The position numbers and the translations under genes were made by a program. 64,000 nt of DNA, from positions 11,594,001 to 11,658,000 of the forward strand of contig OX597839.1 of assembly GCA_951406725.2 (NCBI GenBank). The letters are read 5' to 3'. Shown here one piece after another: positions 1-13,657 of this stretch; the stretch's first letter is position 1; each line of letters opens with the position of its first letter. The notes beneath the pieces were generated by a model. It did no database searches. It had not been told where the DNA came from and was given only the letters and a program-made list of their open reading frames with translations. The DNA comes from Octopus vulgaris. Its lineage: Eukaryota.

Positions 1-3
1 ATT

Positions 4-142
<139 letters not shown>

Positions 143-204
143 AGATGTATATGTGTACATATATATACATGCATGTGTGTAAATGTTGTTGTATGTGTAC
201 ATTT

Positions 205-241
<37 letters not shown>

Positions 242-305
242 CCTAAGTAAAGTCATACGACTAGCTCTTTCTCTCTCTCTCTCACTCTCTGTCTCTCTCA
301 CTATC

Positions 306-391
<86 letters not shown>

Positions 392-893
392 TACGTAGGT
401 ATATGTATACTCAAACACATATACATATATATATATATATATATATACACACACCCCACTTCCTCCACCACCAGATCTAATGAAGGACAATTGACTTTTA
501 GTGATTTAGTATATAGTGCAAAGCCATCTCAGTTATTAATTATACAGTTAATAAGTGTTAATCATTAAATCTAGTGCAGAATGTGTTGTGACTTGTGGTC
601 ATTTAGTACAAGTGAACGACAGACAGACAGACATGGTGTGGATCAGAGCAATGTAGGGTTGTGAAGGCCATGTTGTGACTGGCCATTAGGTACAGTGATG
701 GCTGTGTTGTGAGTTTTGGTCATTGAGTGTGGTGAAGAACAGGCTTTGTTGTGACTGAAAAAACCAAATATTGAATATCTTTTCTTTCAAATAAAATCTA
801 CCAAAATTCTGGGTGTGGCACAGTAAACTACATCCTTTCATTACTGCAGTGAAATTTAATGTGATACACAGCCCACCCCTTTTCAGTGACTGA

Positions 894-967
<74 letters not shown>

Positions 968-1363
968 TTGTGTATGCGTGTGTTTTATAAACACCGAATG
1001 CATACAGTCACAGCCTGTGTATATATTGTGCTTAAGCAAAGCTCTATATCAGGCTGGTGGGAGGTGTGTGTGTACGCTGGTGTTTTATAAACATACATTA
1101 TACACACAGCCTGTGTATACAGTGTGTACAAGTAAAGCTCTGTATTGGGAAGTTTGTGCACACGTGTGTGTGTGTGTGTGTGTGTAGTTTAGACTCAGCA
1201 GCAAATCAGTTTGTTTCTTGTAATTCCTGGTGAAGTAGTGTTGTATAATATGGTATACATTCTGTCTCCACTGCTCTCTCTCTCCTTCCTTCAACTTCAA
1301 CATCCTCTATTTGTATGTGTGTCTATATATATATATATACTTATACACACGTGTGTGTATATA

Positions 1364-1413
<50 letters not shown>

Positions 1414-1617
1414 CACACATATATATGTATATACTGCCTAACTCTTCCACCCTGCATTCATCAGGGGTTCTCCAGGTAAGAGTGATGGAGAGATGTTAGA
1501 TAAACACAGCTCAGCATGTGTACTCGGGTACTCTATCTCTGCCTCTCTTTGTCACAGTATATATGCATCTGTGTATGTGTTTGTGTATATATGTGTCTGT
1601 ATATATACATACATATA

Positions 1618-1679
<62 letters not shown>

Positions 1680-2147
1680 CATACACACACATGAATTATG
1701 TGTGTACACGCCCACATGCAATCTTACAGGTATACACATACATACAAACATGCTTTTCTCTCCTACTAAGTAGTATTCTAACAGCTTTGTACTTCTCATT
1801 AGACCTCTACCCGACCTCCCCCCTCTCTCTCTCCCCCTCTCTCTCTCCCCCCCCTCTCTCTCTCTCCCCCTCTCTGTATATATGTATGTGTCATTGTTCC
1901 TATAGATTTCAGAAACCTACTACCCAGGAACTACATGTCCACACAGTTGTTTTATATCCTTGCTGATGCTGTGTATACTTTAGTATTAATATATTATCAT
2001 GTCTGTGTGTTTGTTACATAGAAGGTCACTCACTCACAGCCTGTCTGTGTGTTCCTCATGTAAAAAAAAAAAAAAAAAAAGAAAATACAATCAGATTCAC
2101 GCTACCCATGTTGTACCAAAATGCTAAAATGTAACCCAAATACTTTA

Positions 2148-2516
2148 TAGGTGCAGGCGTGGCTGCGTGGTAAAAAGCTTGCTTCCCAACAGCATGGTTT
2201 CAGGTTCAGTCCTACTGTGTGGAACCTCAGGCAAATGTCCTTTACTATAGCCTTGAACAAACCAAAGCCGTGTAAGTGGATTTGGCAAACAGAAACTGAA
2301 AGAAGCCCGTGTGTGTCTGTCTGTCTGTGTCATGTCCCCCCCGCCTGCCCGCTACTTGACAACTGGTTTTATGTATTTATGTCCCCATAACTTAGCAGTT
2401 TGGCAAAAGAGACCAATAGAAGGAAAAACGTACTGGGGGTTGATTCATTTGACTAAAATCTCAAAGTGGTGCTCCAGCATGGCCACAGTCTAATGACTGA
2501 AACAAACAAAAGATAG
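2148..2516 (+). mobile_element. SINE family A copy (diverged)
   Basis: Aligns over its length to 61522-61930. Confidence 0.8.
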
Positions 2517-2579
2517 ACGACTTGTCCCTTCAGCACAGCTACTTCCAAATCATAATGGTCCTTTTTCCAGACAGAAATT

Positions 2580-3370
2580 TCAGGATTCTACTATCATCAT
2601 GAAGACCATACACCAATGTAAGGTTCTACTGTTGGCCCCTTATGTAGGATTATGTAGAGCACCATTGCTGCATACATACATGCAACTATATAGGGTCCCG
2701 CTGCTGCCTCTTGTACAGTACTGTGTAGTGTTCTTTTGCAGTCCTCATATACAGGACTGTATAGGGTCTTACTACTGCCTCTTATACGGAACTGTGAAGG
2801 GTCTTGCTGCTGCCACCATATACAAGATTATATTAGGTTCCACACTTGCATTTGTATACAGCGGTAGGGTCCCACAGCTGTCCCGTTAACAGGATTTTGT
2901 CGGGCCCTACTATTGCCATATATACAGGATTATGTATGCTCCTACTGCTGCCCCTTATACAGGACTGTGTTTTCGGGCCCTACTGTTGCCATGTTTTATA
3001 CAGGATTATGTAGGCTCCTACTGCTGCCCCTTATACAGGACTGTGTTTTCTCCTACAGGATTATGTAGGCTCCTACTGCTGCTCCTTATACAGGACTGTG
3101 TCAGGTCCTGTTGCTGTCCCTGATACAGGACTGTGTAGGGCCCTACTGCTACTCCATATACATGACTGTGTAGGGTATTACTGCTCCTTCTTATTCAGGG
3201 CTGTGTAGAATCCTATTATTGTCCCTTATACATAACTGTAGGGCCCTATTACTTCTTATAGAGGACTATATAGGGTCGGTCCTACTGCAGTCCTTTATAA
3301 AAGACTTAGTAATCTATCTTCTACAAAGCACCTGTAGGGTCCTATTGCTGCTTCACATACAGGACCGTGC
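2580..3370 (+). repeat. Degenerate minisatellite, unit of about 37 bp, roughly 20 copies
   Basis: Recurring unit of the type ATACAGGACTGTGTAGGGCCCTACTGCTGCCCCTT. Confidence 0.85.
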
Positions 3371-4022
3371 AATTATGAAAGCTGAGGCCCTGCACTGATG
3401 CCCTAAGTTTTTTCTTTTAATTAGACTTTCTCTTCATGTCTTGCGTTTGGGGTTGCAACAGAAGGCTAACTAACCCCCCCGCCTCCCCCATCCCAGTGGG
3501 AGGATGGTAACTGTATTTAGCTGCCAGGATTTTCAGTACATCTCTGATGTCATGAGGTGTCCCTTACATATACAGCCAACACACACTCACACATGCACTT
3601 AGGTCGACAATATGCATACACGTACAGACAGCACATGCATGCCTCCAAAATATGCACAGACAACACAGCCATACACACACAGACATGCAGATCGCATACG
3701 CACATACATACAGAGATGCACTTACACATGCAGAACATGCAAATACAACACACACACAAAAGCAATACATAGATGCAGTAGACACGCACGTGCTTACATG
3801 GACACACATTTTGGCAAAGTTCTCTGTCGCAATGTTCCCCGGTTCTATCCCAGTGATTTTCGTTTCGTGTTAACACGTGTGGTGATGGTGGTGGTGGGGT
3901 GGGGCAACACTGAATACTTCTTTCTTTCTTTTTCTTCCTCCTTCACTCTGATTCCCCCACCGCCCTCTTCTCTCCCCCCCCCCCATTTAGGAAATATATT
4001 AATCCAACAATGCACTCTCAGC

Positions 4023-4990
4023 ATCATGATCACCACCATCATCTTCATCACGTCATCACCACTACCACCACCACCACCATCATCTTCATCATGTCATCAC
4101 CACCACCATCATCACTGTCATCATCGTCATCACCATCATCACTGTCATCATCATCGTCACCACCATCATCACTGTCATCATCAACATCATCATTGTCATC
4201 ATCATCACCATCATCACTGTCATCATCAACATCATCACCATCATCACTGTCATCATCGTCATCACCATCATCACTGTCATCATCATCGTCATCACCATCA
4301 TCACTGTCATCATCAACATCATCATCATCGTCATCGTCACCACCATCATCACTGTCATCATCAACATCATTGTCATCGTCATCACCATCATCACTGTCAT
4401 CATCAACATCATCATCATCGTCATCGTCACCACCATCACCATCATCACTGTCATCATCAACATCATCATTGTCATCGTCATCACCATCATCACTGTCATC
4501 ATCAACATCATCATCATCATCGTCATCATCGTCACCATCATCACTGTCATCATCAACATCATCATTGTCATCGTCATCACCATCATCACTGTCATCATCA
4601 TCATCATCATCATCATCATCGTCACCACCATCACCATCATCACTGTCATCATCAACATCATCATTGTCATCGTCATCACCATCATCACTGTCATCATCAA
4701 CATCATCATCATCGTCATCGTCACCACCATCATCACTGTCATCATCAACATCATTGTCATCGTCATCACCATCATCACTGTCATCATCAACATCATCATC
4801 GTCATCGTCACCACCATCATCACTGTCATCATCAACATCATTGTCATCGTCATCACCATCATCACTGTCATCATCAACATCATCATCATCATCATCATCA
4901 TCGTCACCACCATCACCATCATCACTGTCATCATCAACATCATCATCATCATCATCATCGTCATCGTCACCACCATCACCACCATCATCT
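4023..4990 (+). repeat. (CAT)n-based higher-order tandem repeat
   Basis: The unit CACCATCATCACTGTCATCATC(AAC)... is reiterated, with alternating CATTGTCATCGT and CATCGTCATCGT variants. Confidence 0.9.
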
Positions 4991-5372
4991 CTGGTCACAG
5001 CAGCCTACCACTGTTATATACTGTCTATTGAACCAGCCGCCAACAGCAGCATCAGCATCAGCACCATCAGCAGCGCTTCCCGGCAGCCTCTCTTCCTTAT
5101 GCCTTCAGCAGCTGCCATATTGCTTATTCCGACACACAGACATTGCTTCCTAACTCAGCTTTGGTTTCTTAAAGCTTCCATTCTGTCTACATTGTCTGTG
5201 GAGTGGTGGCGGTGGCAGGGGACTTGTGGTTTTTGGCTGTAATAGTACTACTGATAGTATAGGTAGTAGTAGTGCTAGTAGCGGCGGTGGTCTTGGGTGG
5301 GTTAAAGACAGTCCAACTCTGACCATCCCATCTTCATATACACACACACACACGTTTTATATATATATATAT

Positions 5373-5423
<51 letters not shown>

Positions 5424-5636
5424 CATATATATTTACATATATATATATATATATACATACATATATATTTACATATATATATATATATACATACGTATAT
5501 ATATACATATACATATAAATATATATATATACATATACATATAAATATATATATACACATACTTATACATATAAATATATATATATATATCTTTCACACA
5601 TGCATATATATATATATATATACATACATAATTCAC

Positions 5637-5671
<35 letters not shown>

Positions 5672-6564
5672 TATATATATACATATAAATATATATATAT
5701 ATACATATACATATAAATATATATCTTTCACACATGCATATATATAGACATACATAATTCACATATATATATATATATATATATACACTTCACTCTCACA
5801 CATACACACACATATACATATAGGTGTGTGTGTGTATGTATATATGTATAGAACAATATTATTAATTGTATAATCCTATCGGTGTCCTTATATAAGCCGG
5901 TAGGGTAATGATTCAAGGGAGATTTGGCTGCTATTTTATAGCAAGTCAGCCGACCACGTAGAAGGTACCTTTGTGGCCGATGGCGATGGCAGTGTGTGTG
6001 TGTGTGTGTGGTGGGGTGATGGAGACCACGGCAACAGTAGATGCAACATACATCAGCTATGCACTGTGTGTATGTGCATGTGTGCCACTATACAGTCAGT
6101 GGTTGTGATGTTGCAGTGCACAGTGGCAGCTGCAGTGTCAGCAGTTACCTAGCAACGGTGGTTGTTCGTACGATATTGTCATATTCTCCGGCAAAAGGGG
6201 GTTACATGGTGTCTGCAAGGTACATCACCTTTTAACGCATCGCAAGCCACTGCCACTTCTTCACAACAGGTCTATTCCAATTACCCTGGTAACATGCACT
6301 TACCACCCTCTATCCCCCCCGCCTCATGTGTATGTATATGTGTCTGTATGTGTGTATGTATGTATAAGTATGTGTGTATGAAGTGTGTATGCATGTGTGT
6401 ATATATATATATATATATGTAAGAATCTATGTATGTATATATGTGTGTGTGTATATATATGTGTGTGTGTGTATGTATATACGTGTGTGTGTGAGTATGT
6501 ATAAGTATGTGTGTATGCATGTATATGTGTATGTATAAGTATGTGTGTATAACGTGTGTATGCA

Positions 6565-6599
<35 letters not shown>

Positions 6600-7108
6600 G
6601 TATGCATGTGTGTATATGTATATATATATATATGTAAGCATCTATGTATGTATATACGTGTGTGTGTGTATATATATATGTGTATGTATAAGTATGTGTG
6701 TATAACATGTGTATGCATGTATAAGTATGCATGTATATGTGTATGTATAAGTATGTGTATATAATGTGTGTATGCATGTGTGTGTATATATATATATATA
6801 TGTATGTAACCATCTATGTATGTATATACGTGTGTGTATATATATATATATATATGTGTGTGTGTATGTATGTATGTGTGTATATATATATATGTGTGTG
6901 TGTGTATGTGCATATGTGTATATATATATGTATGTGTTTATGTGTGTGTGTAAACACTCATATGTAGCAAACCCCAGCCCAGCCCACCCCTCCATTCCAA
7001 CACCTGAAGATTGTGAGTGTATATACATTATATACAGCTGTATATTTATGTTTCATATGCATCTCGTGCTTAGTGATTGCCAGTGTATGATAATCATTTA
7101 TTTCTTTG

Positions 7109-7191
<83 letters not shown>

Positions 7192-7379
7192 TAGATATAT
7201 AAGGATAAGATTGTTAATTTAAATTAATTAAGGATCTTATCAAGTGGCCAGCATGGAAATAAAAACCTTCAAAGGTAATAATTATTATTAAAATTATAAC
7301 TTAGGGTATCTATGAGATACCGCCATGCTGAAAATAGCAGCCAGGATCTGACTCTAAAACCACCTTAAGTGTTCATATT

Positions 7380-7413
<34 letters not shown>

Positions 7414-7536
7414 TCACCGTGATCACCGTGACCGACCAGGCTATCAGAGATTGCTACACATCGCTGGTCACAATGCACTTCGCATTGTTTTAGCCTTCAA
7501 AATGCCGCCACCCTGCTGGCTAAGCGAGCAGGCCAA
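7414..7536 (-). mobile_element. Probable 3' end of a retroelement inserted in (TA)n
   Basis: Complex-sequence island between TA tracts, ending on the minus strand in the tandem unit (TCACGGTGA)2. Confidence 0.45.
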
Positions 7537-7568
7537 TATATATATATATATGTATGTATGTATATATG

Positions 7569-7629
<61 letters not shown>

Positions 7630-8321
7630 ATGTGTATATATGTATGTATGTATATGTGTATATATATGTGTATGTATGTATATGTGTATATATATATGTG
7701 TATGTATGTATATGTGTATATATATATGTGTATATATATATGTGTATGTATGTATATGTGTATATATATATGTGTATATATATATGTGTATATATATATG
7801 TGTATATATATATGTGTATATATATATATATATGTATATTATATATGTATATATACATATATGTACATATATCAACACCTAATCCTTATCAAAATGTGTG
7901 TATTACCTGCGTGACAACCATTTCCCTATCACTTAAACTGTATTACCTTTTTCTGCTCCTTTTTTTTTCCCCTTATACACACACACACACACACACATTT
8001 TGCTGTTGGTTGTCCGTCTTCCACCTTTTTGCAGTATGTTTGCACTGTTGCTGTAGCTGCAGCTGTAGTAGATTGGCAGAGAGTTAGACAGAGAGGGAGA
8101 GAGAGAGAGAGAGAGAAGGGATGTTGGACAACCTGCAGTCACCGGAGAACCTGCACGGTGTCTCTGATGGCAGACTCATGAACTAGCAGCGACTGCTGTT
8201 GCTGTTGCCGTCTTTACTGCTGCAGCTCTTTTGTGCCGTTTGCTGCTGTAGCTCCGTTAGTGTTTGCTGCAGTTGTGTATGTATGCACATGTGTGTGTGT
8301 GTGTGAATGTATCGTTTGTCT

Positions 8322-9100
8322 CTTCTACTTGTTCGTCATTAGACAGCGGCCATGCTGGAGTACTGCATTGCAGATCTTGTAGTCAACTAAATCGACCCCC
8401 CCTCCCGGTACTCTTTTTTTTCTTCTTTAAGCCTGGTATTTATTCTATCGGTTCTTTGCCGAACCGCTAAGTTACTGGAACGTAAGTACACCAACTTCGG
8501 TTGTTAAGCAGTGGTGGGGAACACACGCACACACACATATATATGACGGGCTTCTTTCAGTTTCCTTATTTCTTTATTGCCCACAAGGGGGCTAAACATA
8601 GAGGGGACAAACAAGGACAGACAAAGAAATTAAGTCGATTTCATCTATCCCCAGTGCATTACTGGTACTTAATTTATCGACCCCAATAGGATGAAAAGCA
8701 AAGTCGACCTCAGCGGAATTTGAACTCAGAACGTAACGGCAGACGAAATACCTATTTCTTTGCTACCTACAAGGGGTTAAGCACAGAGGGGACAAACAAG
8801 GACAGACAAATGGATTAAGTCAATTATATCAACCCCAGTGCGTAACTGGTACTTAATTTATTGACCTCGAAAGGATGAAAGGCAAAGTCGACCTCAGCGG
8901 AATTTGAACTCAGAACGTAACGACAGACGAAATACCGCTAAGTATTTCGCCCAGCATACCAATGCTTCTGCCAGCTTACCGCCTTAGTTTCCGTCTACCA
9001 AAATCTACTCATAAGGCTTTAGTCTGCCCGTGACTATTGTAGAAGGCACTTGGACCAGAGACCATGCAGTGGGACTGAAGCTTCTTACCACACAGCCATG
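8322..9100 (-). mobile_element. SINE family A copy interrupted by a family-B dimer
   Basis: Family A sequence lies on both sides of 8566-8985. Confidence 0.8.
8566..8985 (-). mobile_element. SINE family B dimer (one head plus two bodies)
   Basis: TSD AGTTTCC at 8559-8565 and 8986-8992. Internal junction at 8745-8758. Confidence 0.85.
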
Positions 9101-9957
9101 ATATACCTTTTACCTTTTGTTGTCTTATTTGTTACAGTCATAGGACTGCGGCCATGCTTGGGCACCAATCATAAAGGTTTCAGCCCAAACCTCTGAGTTA
9201 CAGACATGTAAACAAACCAACACCGGCTGTCAAATAGTGGTGGGGAACAAACACAAACATCTAACCCCGGCAGGCTTGTTTCCCTTTTTCTTTACTAAGT
9301 TCACTCAGAGGGCTTTAGTTGGCTAAGGTAAAAGGCACTTGCCCAAAGTGCCACGTAGTGTCACTGAACCATTTTGGTTGGGAAGCTAACATTCTTGTGG
9401 ATTTTGAACCGCGGGGTTACAGGATCAAATCTGAACTGCTATAGGCTTTGTGTTGTGTTTTTAAGCTAGTCTTTTGATGTATATTTATTTACACGGTAGA
9501 CACACATCACTAACACACTCAGAAATGGCATTAGCATACGCATGAACAAACATGTACCAACAGCACACAACTACATATATCATTAACACAAACACACACA
9601 CACACACAGTGACTAACTGAAAATCTGTTCTGAGAGGGAAAAAATGGAAAAATTGTATTGGAATTTTTTTCTTTTTGTTTTTGAAGTTGAACTGAATCGA
9701 CAAATTTTAGAAAATAGAAGTGAAGCGTGTTTTGGAATCAATTTCCAGAAGACAAGATAGATATCTTGAAAATTAATTTCAGTGGTTTCATGGTGTTGTT
9801 AGAAAAACGCTAAATAAAAAAGAAAAGAAAAGACACTGCCACATACATACACACGCAGATATATGCACACACACCCATGTGCACTCACTTACATAGATAT
9901 ACACCAAAGCCTTAACGTGAGTAAATTTAGTAGGAGAAAACTGAAAGAAGCCCATTC

Positions 9958-10365
9958 GGATCTTTTCAGTTTGAACGGCAGTTTTTTCTAGCGGTGTCAT
10001 ATGAAATTGTCACCCATAATTATGACCCTAGTATCGATCTATTGCATTTCAATCTGTTTTAGGGTTAGGGGTGGGGGGAAGGGTATCTTTTTTTTCTTCA
10101 CAAATGTAAATAAACCCAATCTGTTTCTTAAACGAGGGACATATTCATACAGCACAGAATGTTTTTTTTTACCTCAATGAACATCATTGATTGGTTGAAA
10201 TTGCAGAAATTGAAGAAAAACATTATCTTACAAACTATAGAATTCTCTCAATAAAGCCAAGAGAAAAAGATGTTTTATAAACACATTCTACCAGTATACG
10301 AAGTTTAAAATTTTTTAGTTACCTAGAAATTATGTTAAAAACTGCCGTTCAAACCGAAAGGATTC
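9958..10365 (+). mobile_element. ~410-bp MITE with ~29-bp terminal inverted repeats
   Basis: GGATCTTTTCAGTTTGAACGGCAGTTTTT ... AAAAACTGCCGTTCAAACCGAAAGGATTC. Confidence 0.85.
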
Positions 10366-10643
10366 AGCACCTGCTTAATGGATGTGTTTGTGTGTGTCTC
10401 TGTCTTCGTTTTCTCTTTGCTCTATGAAAGTCAATACGAGCAGCGGTGTTTTTTGTTGTCATTTCTCCTTTCGACAAGTCGCTCATCCGTTTTGCACTTC
10501 AAAAAATTGTGAAATAAGTGATGATTGTTTGAAAACAGGCAAGGGTTAAAAATAGGTGTTCAGCAATATATATTCGACTGACTCATGCTTGCACGAAAAT
10601 AATAGGTTCAAAATTGAAAAATGTACAATCTATGCATAGGTAT

Positions 10644-11046
10644 TACTCTTTTACATGTTTCAGTCAGTTGACTGCGGCCATGCTGGAGCACCACCTTTTG
10701 TTGAGCAACTCGACCCCGGGACTTATTCTTTGTAAGCCCAGTACTTATTCTATTGGTCTCTTTTGCCGAACCGCTAAGTGACGGGGACATAAACACACCA
10801 GCATCGGTTGTCAAGCAATGCTAGGGAGACAAACACAGACACACAAACATACACGCACATATATATATATATACATATACACGACGGGCTTCTTTCAGTT
10901 TCCATCTACCAAATCCACTCACAAGGCTTTGGTGGGCCCGAGGCTATAGTAGAAGTCACTTGCCCAAGGTGCCACGTAGTGGGACTGAACCTGGAACCAT
11001 GTGGTTGGTAAGCAAGCTACTTACCACACAGCCACTCCTGCACCTA
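10644..11046 (-). mobile_element. SINE family A, full length
   Basis: Reverse complement of the 61522-61930 element, with high identity. Confidence 0.85.
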
Positions 11047-11625
11047 TATACGTGTGTGTTTATGTAAATGTATAAAACTTGCATATGTATACGTGTGTAT
11101 ATGTATATATGTATGTATGTATATCTGTATGTGTCTACGTCTATATGTGTATGTATATCCTTTTATTCGTTTCAGTCGTTTGACTGCAGCCGTGCAAATC
11201 GACCCCAGGACTTATTCTTTTTAAGCCTAGTACTATAAATTTCACAGGGTACAACCTTAAAGTTGACACTGATCTGCTAAATGCAGAAAATTTCTGACTC
11301 GCTATTGGCTAAAAATACAGTTTTTTCGATTTTTAAACCTCTGTAATTTTTCCTCCATTTTTATTCTTTATAACATAATACCTTCATAGCAATAAGACTG
11401 GAAAACTACAGTATTATAGCCGATTTTCAGATTTTTTAACTTTCTTTTAAAAAATGCATATTTTGTGAATCAGTTTGACTAGATCCTTGGGAAGAACCAA
11501 ATTTAATGTTTCACCATACTCTCATACTCTCGGTACCCCGTCCATAATACGTCCGCATTAGATGTATTGCAGTTTTTTTTATACATTTAAGAATAAAAAA
11601 GCACGTCGATATATACAGTATATAA

Positions 11626-11812
11626 AGGGAAAGTTTACGAAAATAAACAAAAGACGAAGGCAGGTAGAGTACAAACAAACAGATGTATTAGTATAACGTT
11701 CAGGAATAGGAAAAGTCTTTTACGTTTCGAGCCTACGCTCTTCGACAGAAAGATACACAGAAAAAAACAAGGAGAGAAAAAAATGCGTGTAGGAGCTAAC
11801 GATCTATCATGG
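11626..11812 (-). mobile_element. Short Penelope-like (pseudo-LTR-type) element carrying a hammerhead motif; other copies at 33813-33943 (-) and 57501-57686 (+)
   Basis: Three alignable copies share the 3' end ...CGTAAACT[CT]TCCCT. Two of them abut (TA)n directly, and each contains the hammerhead-like motif. Confidence 0.6.
11716..11753 (-). ncRNA. Minimal type I hammerhead-like motif (core CUGUCGA)
   Basis: Minus strand reads TCTTT-CTGTCGA-A-GAGC-gtag-GCTC-GAA-ACGT-A-AAAGA: 5-bp stem I, 4-bp stem II, palindromic ACGT stem III. Confidence 0.6.
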
Positions 11813-13657
11813 AAACTACAAGCCCAATAATGATATACTCTCTTTTTGGAACTGGAGATTATGATTTGAGGGAATTTAGCTGCTTTTTCTAGCAGGTTAG
11901 CCATTGAAGCTATACATATGAACGAACCAGGTTACTGTGTCTATTCAAGGGTCACAGTGTCCGTTGACACGTCACAGTTCTCTGTTGAAGCCATGTCGGT
12001 TGTTATAAGGTTTGGGGATGCGCCCCTTTAAGAACTGTAAACAGTTTTGCTCGTTCGTGGAGCAGATGGGTGGGCAGGTGGTAAGGTAGGTTGGCTGGCA
12101 GACAGCGGTGGGTCACACACACTGGTGGGCGGTTTAGTCGAGAGGGACTTCGGATCGTATGAAGAGCGGGTGTTTAACGACGGATATAGTTGACGTCTTG
12201 TGTTTGTGTATACACACACACATATACAAATATAACACGTGTGTGTATATATTTATATATACATATAGTCACATAGTTTCCTTCCCTTCTGTCGATGTTC
12301 GGGAGGGTGTGTTGAAAGTGGAGTTGTCAGGGAACAGTTTTAGGGGTGTTGGGTGGCTGCTGCTGCTACCACCGCTACTACTACATCCCTTTTCACTCCT
12401 GGGTGGAGAAGGATAGATTTCAGTCGTTCTGTTCCCCTAATTTAAAACGGGGAGGGTGGGCCCCTTTCTTCTCCGCTCCGCCCCGTCCTTCCCCCGACGC
12501 CACTACTTCTCGTCTCATCACGCTATGTTTATCACTTGGTGGTTGGTTGCTTGCTTACTTGATGGCGGTGTACTACTACTACTACTACTACTACTACTAC
12601 AAGTGTGTATTTGTTTTAGACCAATTTACATGCTTGACTGCTGTTAATGAATCTGTTATAATGAAATGTGTCGCCTGTCGCCAAAACAACAACACTTACT
12701 ACCTCCACTAGAACTCCTTCGCTCCTCTACGCCGTCCCCACGACACGCATACACGCGGATGCGCACACACAGGTACGCGTGGTGGTCGGTGAGATTTCGC
12801 CGGTGGCGACGATGAGCATGAAAATGTATGAGCAACGTAATTTCAACAGATCCATCTTTTGTACATCTTTGAGCTGTCTCGTGCTGGACTGGCGTGACAC
12901 AATGTGACAGGCTAGTGGGTACGCGTGGAGGGGTTAGGAGAGTGGGGCCTTGGGATATCGGGCATCGGGGGGGGGGAGAAAGCCCAGACCTGGGTTGACT
13001 TGGTACTTTATCTATCGACTCCCGAAAGAATGAAAAGCAAAGTTCATTGACCCCAGTGGGATTTGAACTGAGAGCACAGTTTACGGGGGACGTAAACATA
13101 CCAACTCCGGTTGTCAAGCGGTAGTCAGGGGTCAAACAAAGACACATGTATGTATATATAAAGGCGTGTGGCTTAGTGATTGGGGTTTTTTCAATCGTAA
13201 GCCCAATTTCTGGCGGTGCATTATGTCCTTGAGCAAAACATTTTATGTCATGTTGCTCCCGTTCACACAGCTGGCAAAAACTGAGTAGTACTTGTATTTC
13301 AAAGGGGCCAATGGGGATATTTTACCCTCGGCCATATTGTTAATCCTCTCTCTATTATACAAATATGACCTTTACAATAACCCCTAAGTAATATCCCCTT
13401 CCATGTGTGTCTGTGTGTCCCATATGTTTTTGGTTTTATCGTCACATTGTATCAAGGCTGCAGTGAAATTATTGGCATCTTTCGTTGTTTTTCTTCAGAT
13501 TTGACATTTAGCATTTAGGATAATTAAAAATATATATTTCTTTATTGCCCACAAGGGGCTAAACATAGAGGGGACAAACAAAGGGATTAAGTCGATTACA
13601 TCGACCCCAGTGCGTAACAGGTACTTTATTTACCGACACCGAAAGGATGAAATATAT

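Noticed and set aside
643-754. Possible minus-strand terminal exon (acceptor TTTTTTCAG, peptide HNKACSSPHSMTKT...PTLL*)
   Set aside because: It is short, has no recognised homology and no matching upstream exon, and the region carries repeated GTTGTGA motifs suggesting a decayed repeat.
2580-3370. CRISPR-like array
   Set aside because: The units are contiguous degenerate tandem copies with no unique spacers, there are no cas genes, and the context is eukaryotic.
5016-5120. Minus-strand signal-peptide-like ORF MAAAEGIRKRGCREALLMVLMLMLLLAAGSIDSI
   Set aside because: The hydrophobic run derives from a CAG/CAT-type repeat, the ORF stops after 34 codons, and there is no good splice donor.
3612-5242. 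513-aa, 410-aa, 316-aa and 299-aa ORFs as genes
   Set aside because: (CAT)n has a stop codon in only one of six frames, so long overlapping ORFs are expected. The non-repeat parts show no recognisable domain.
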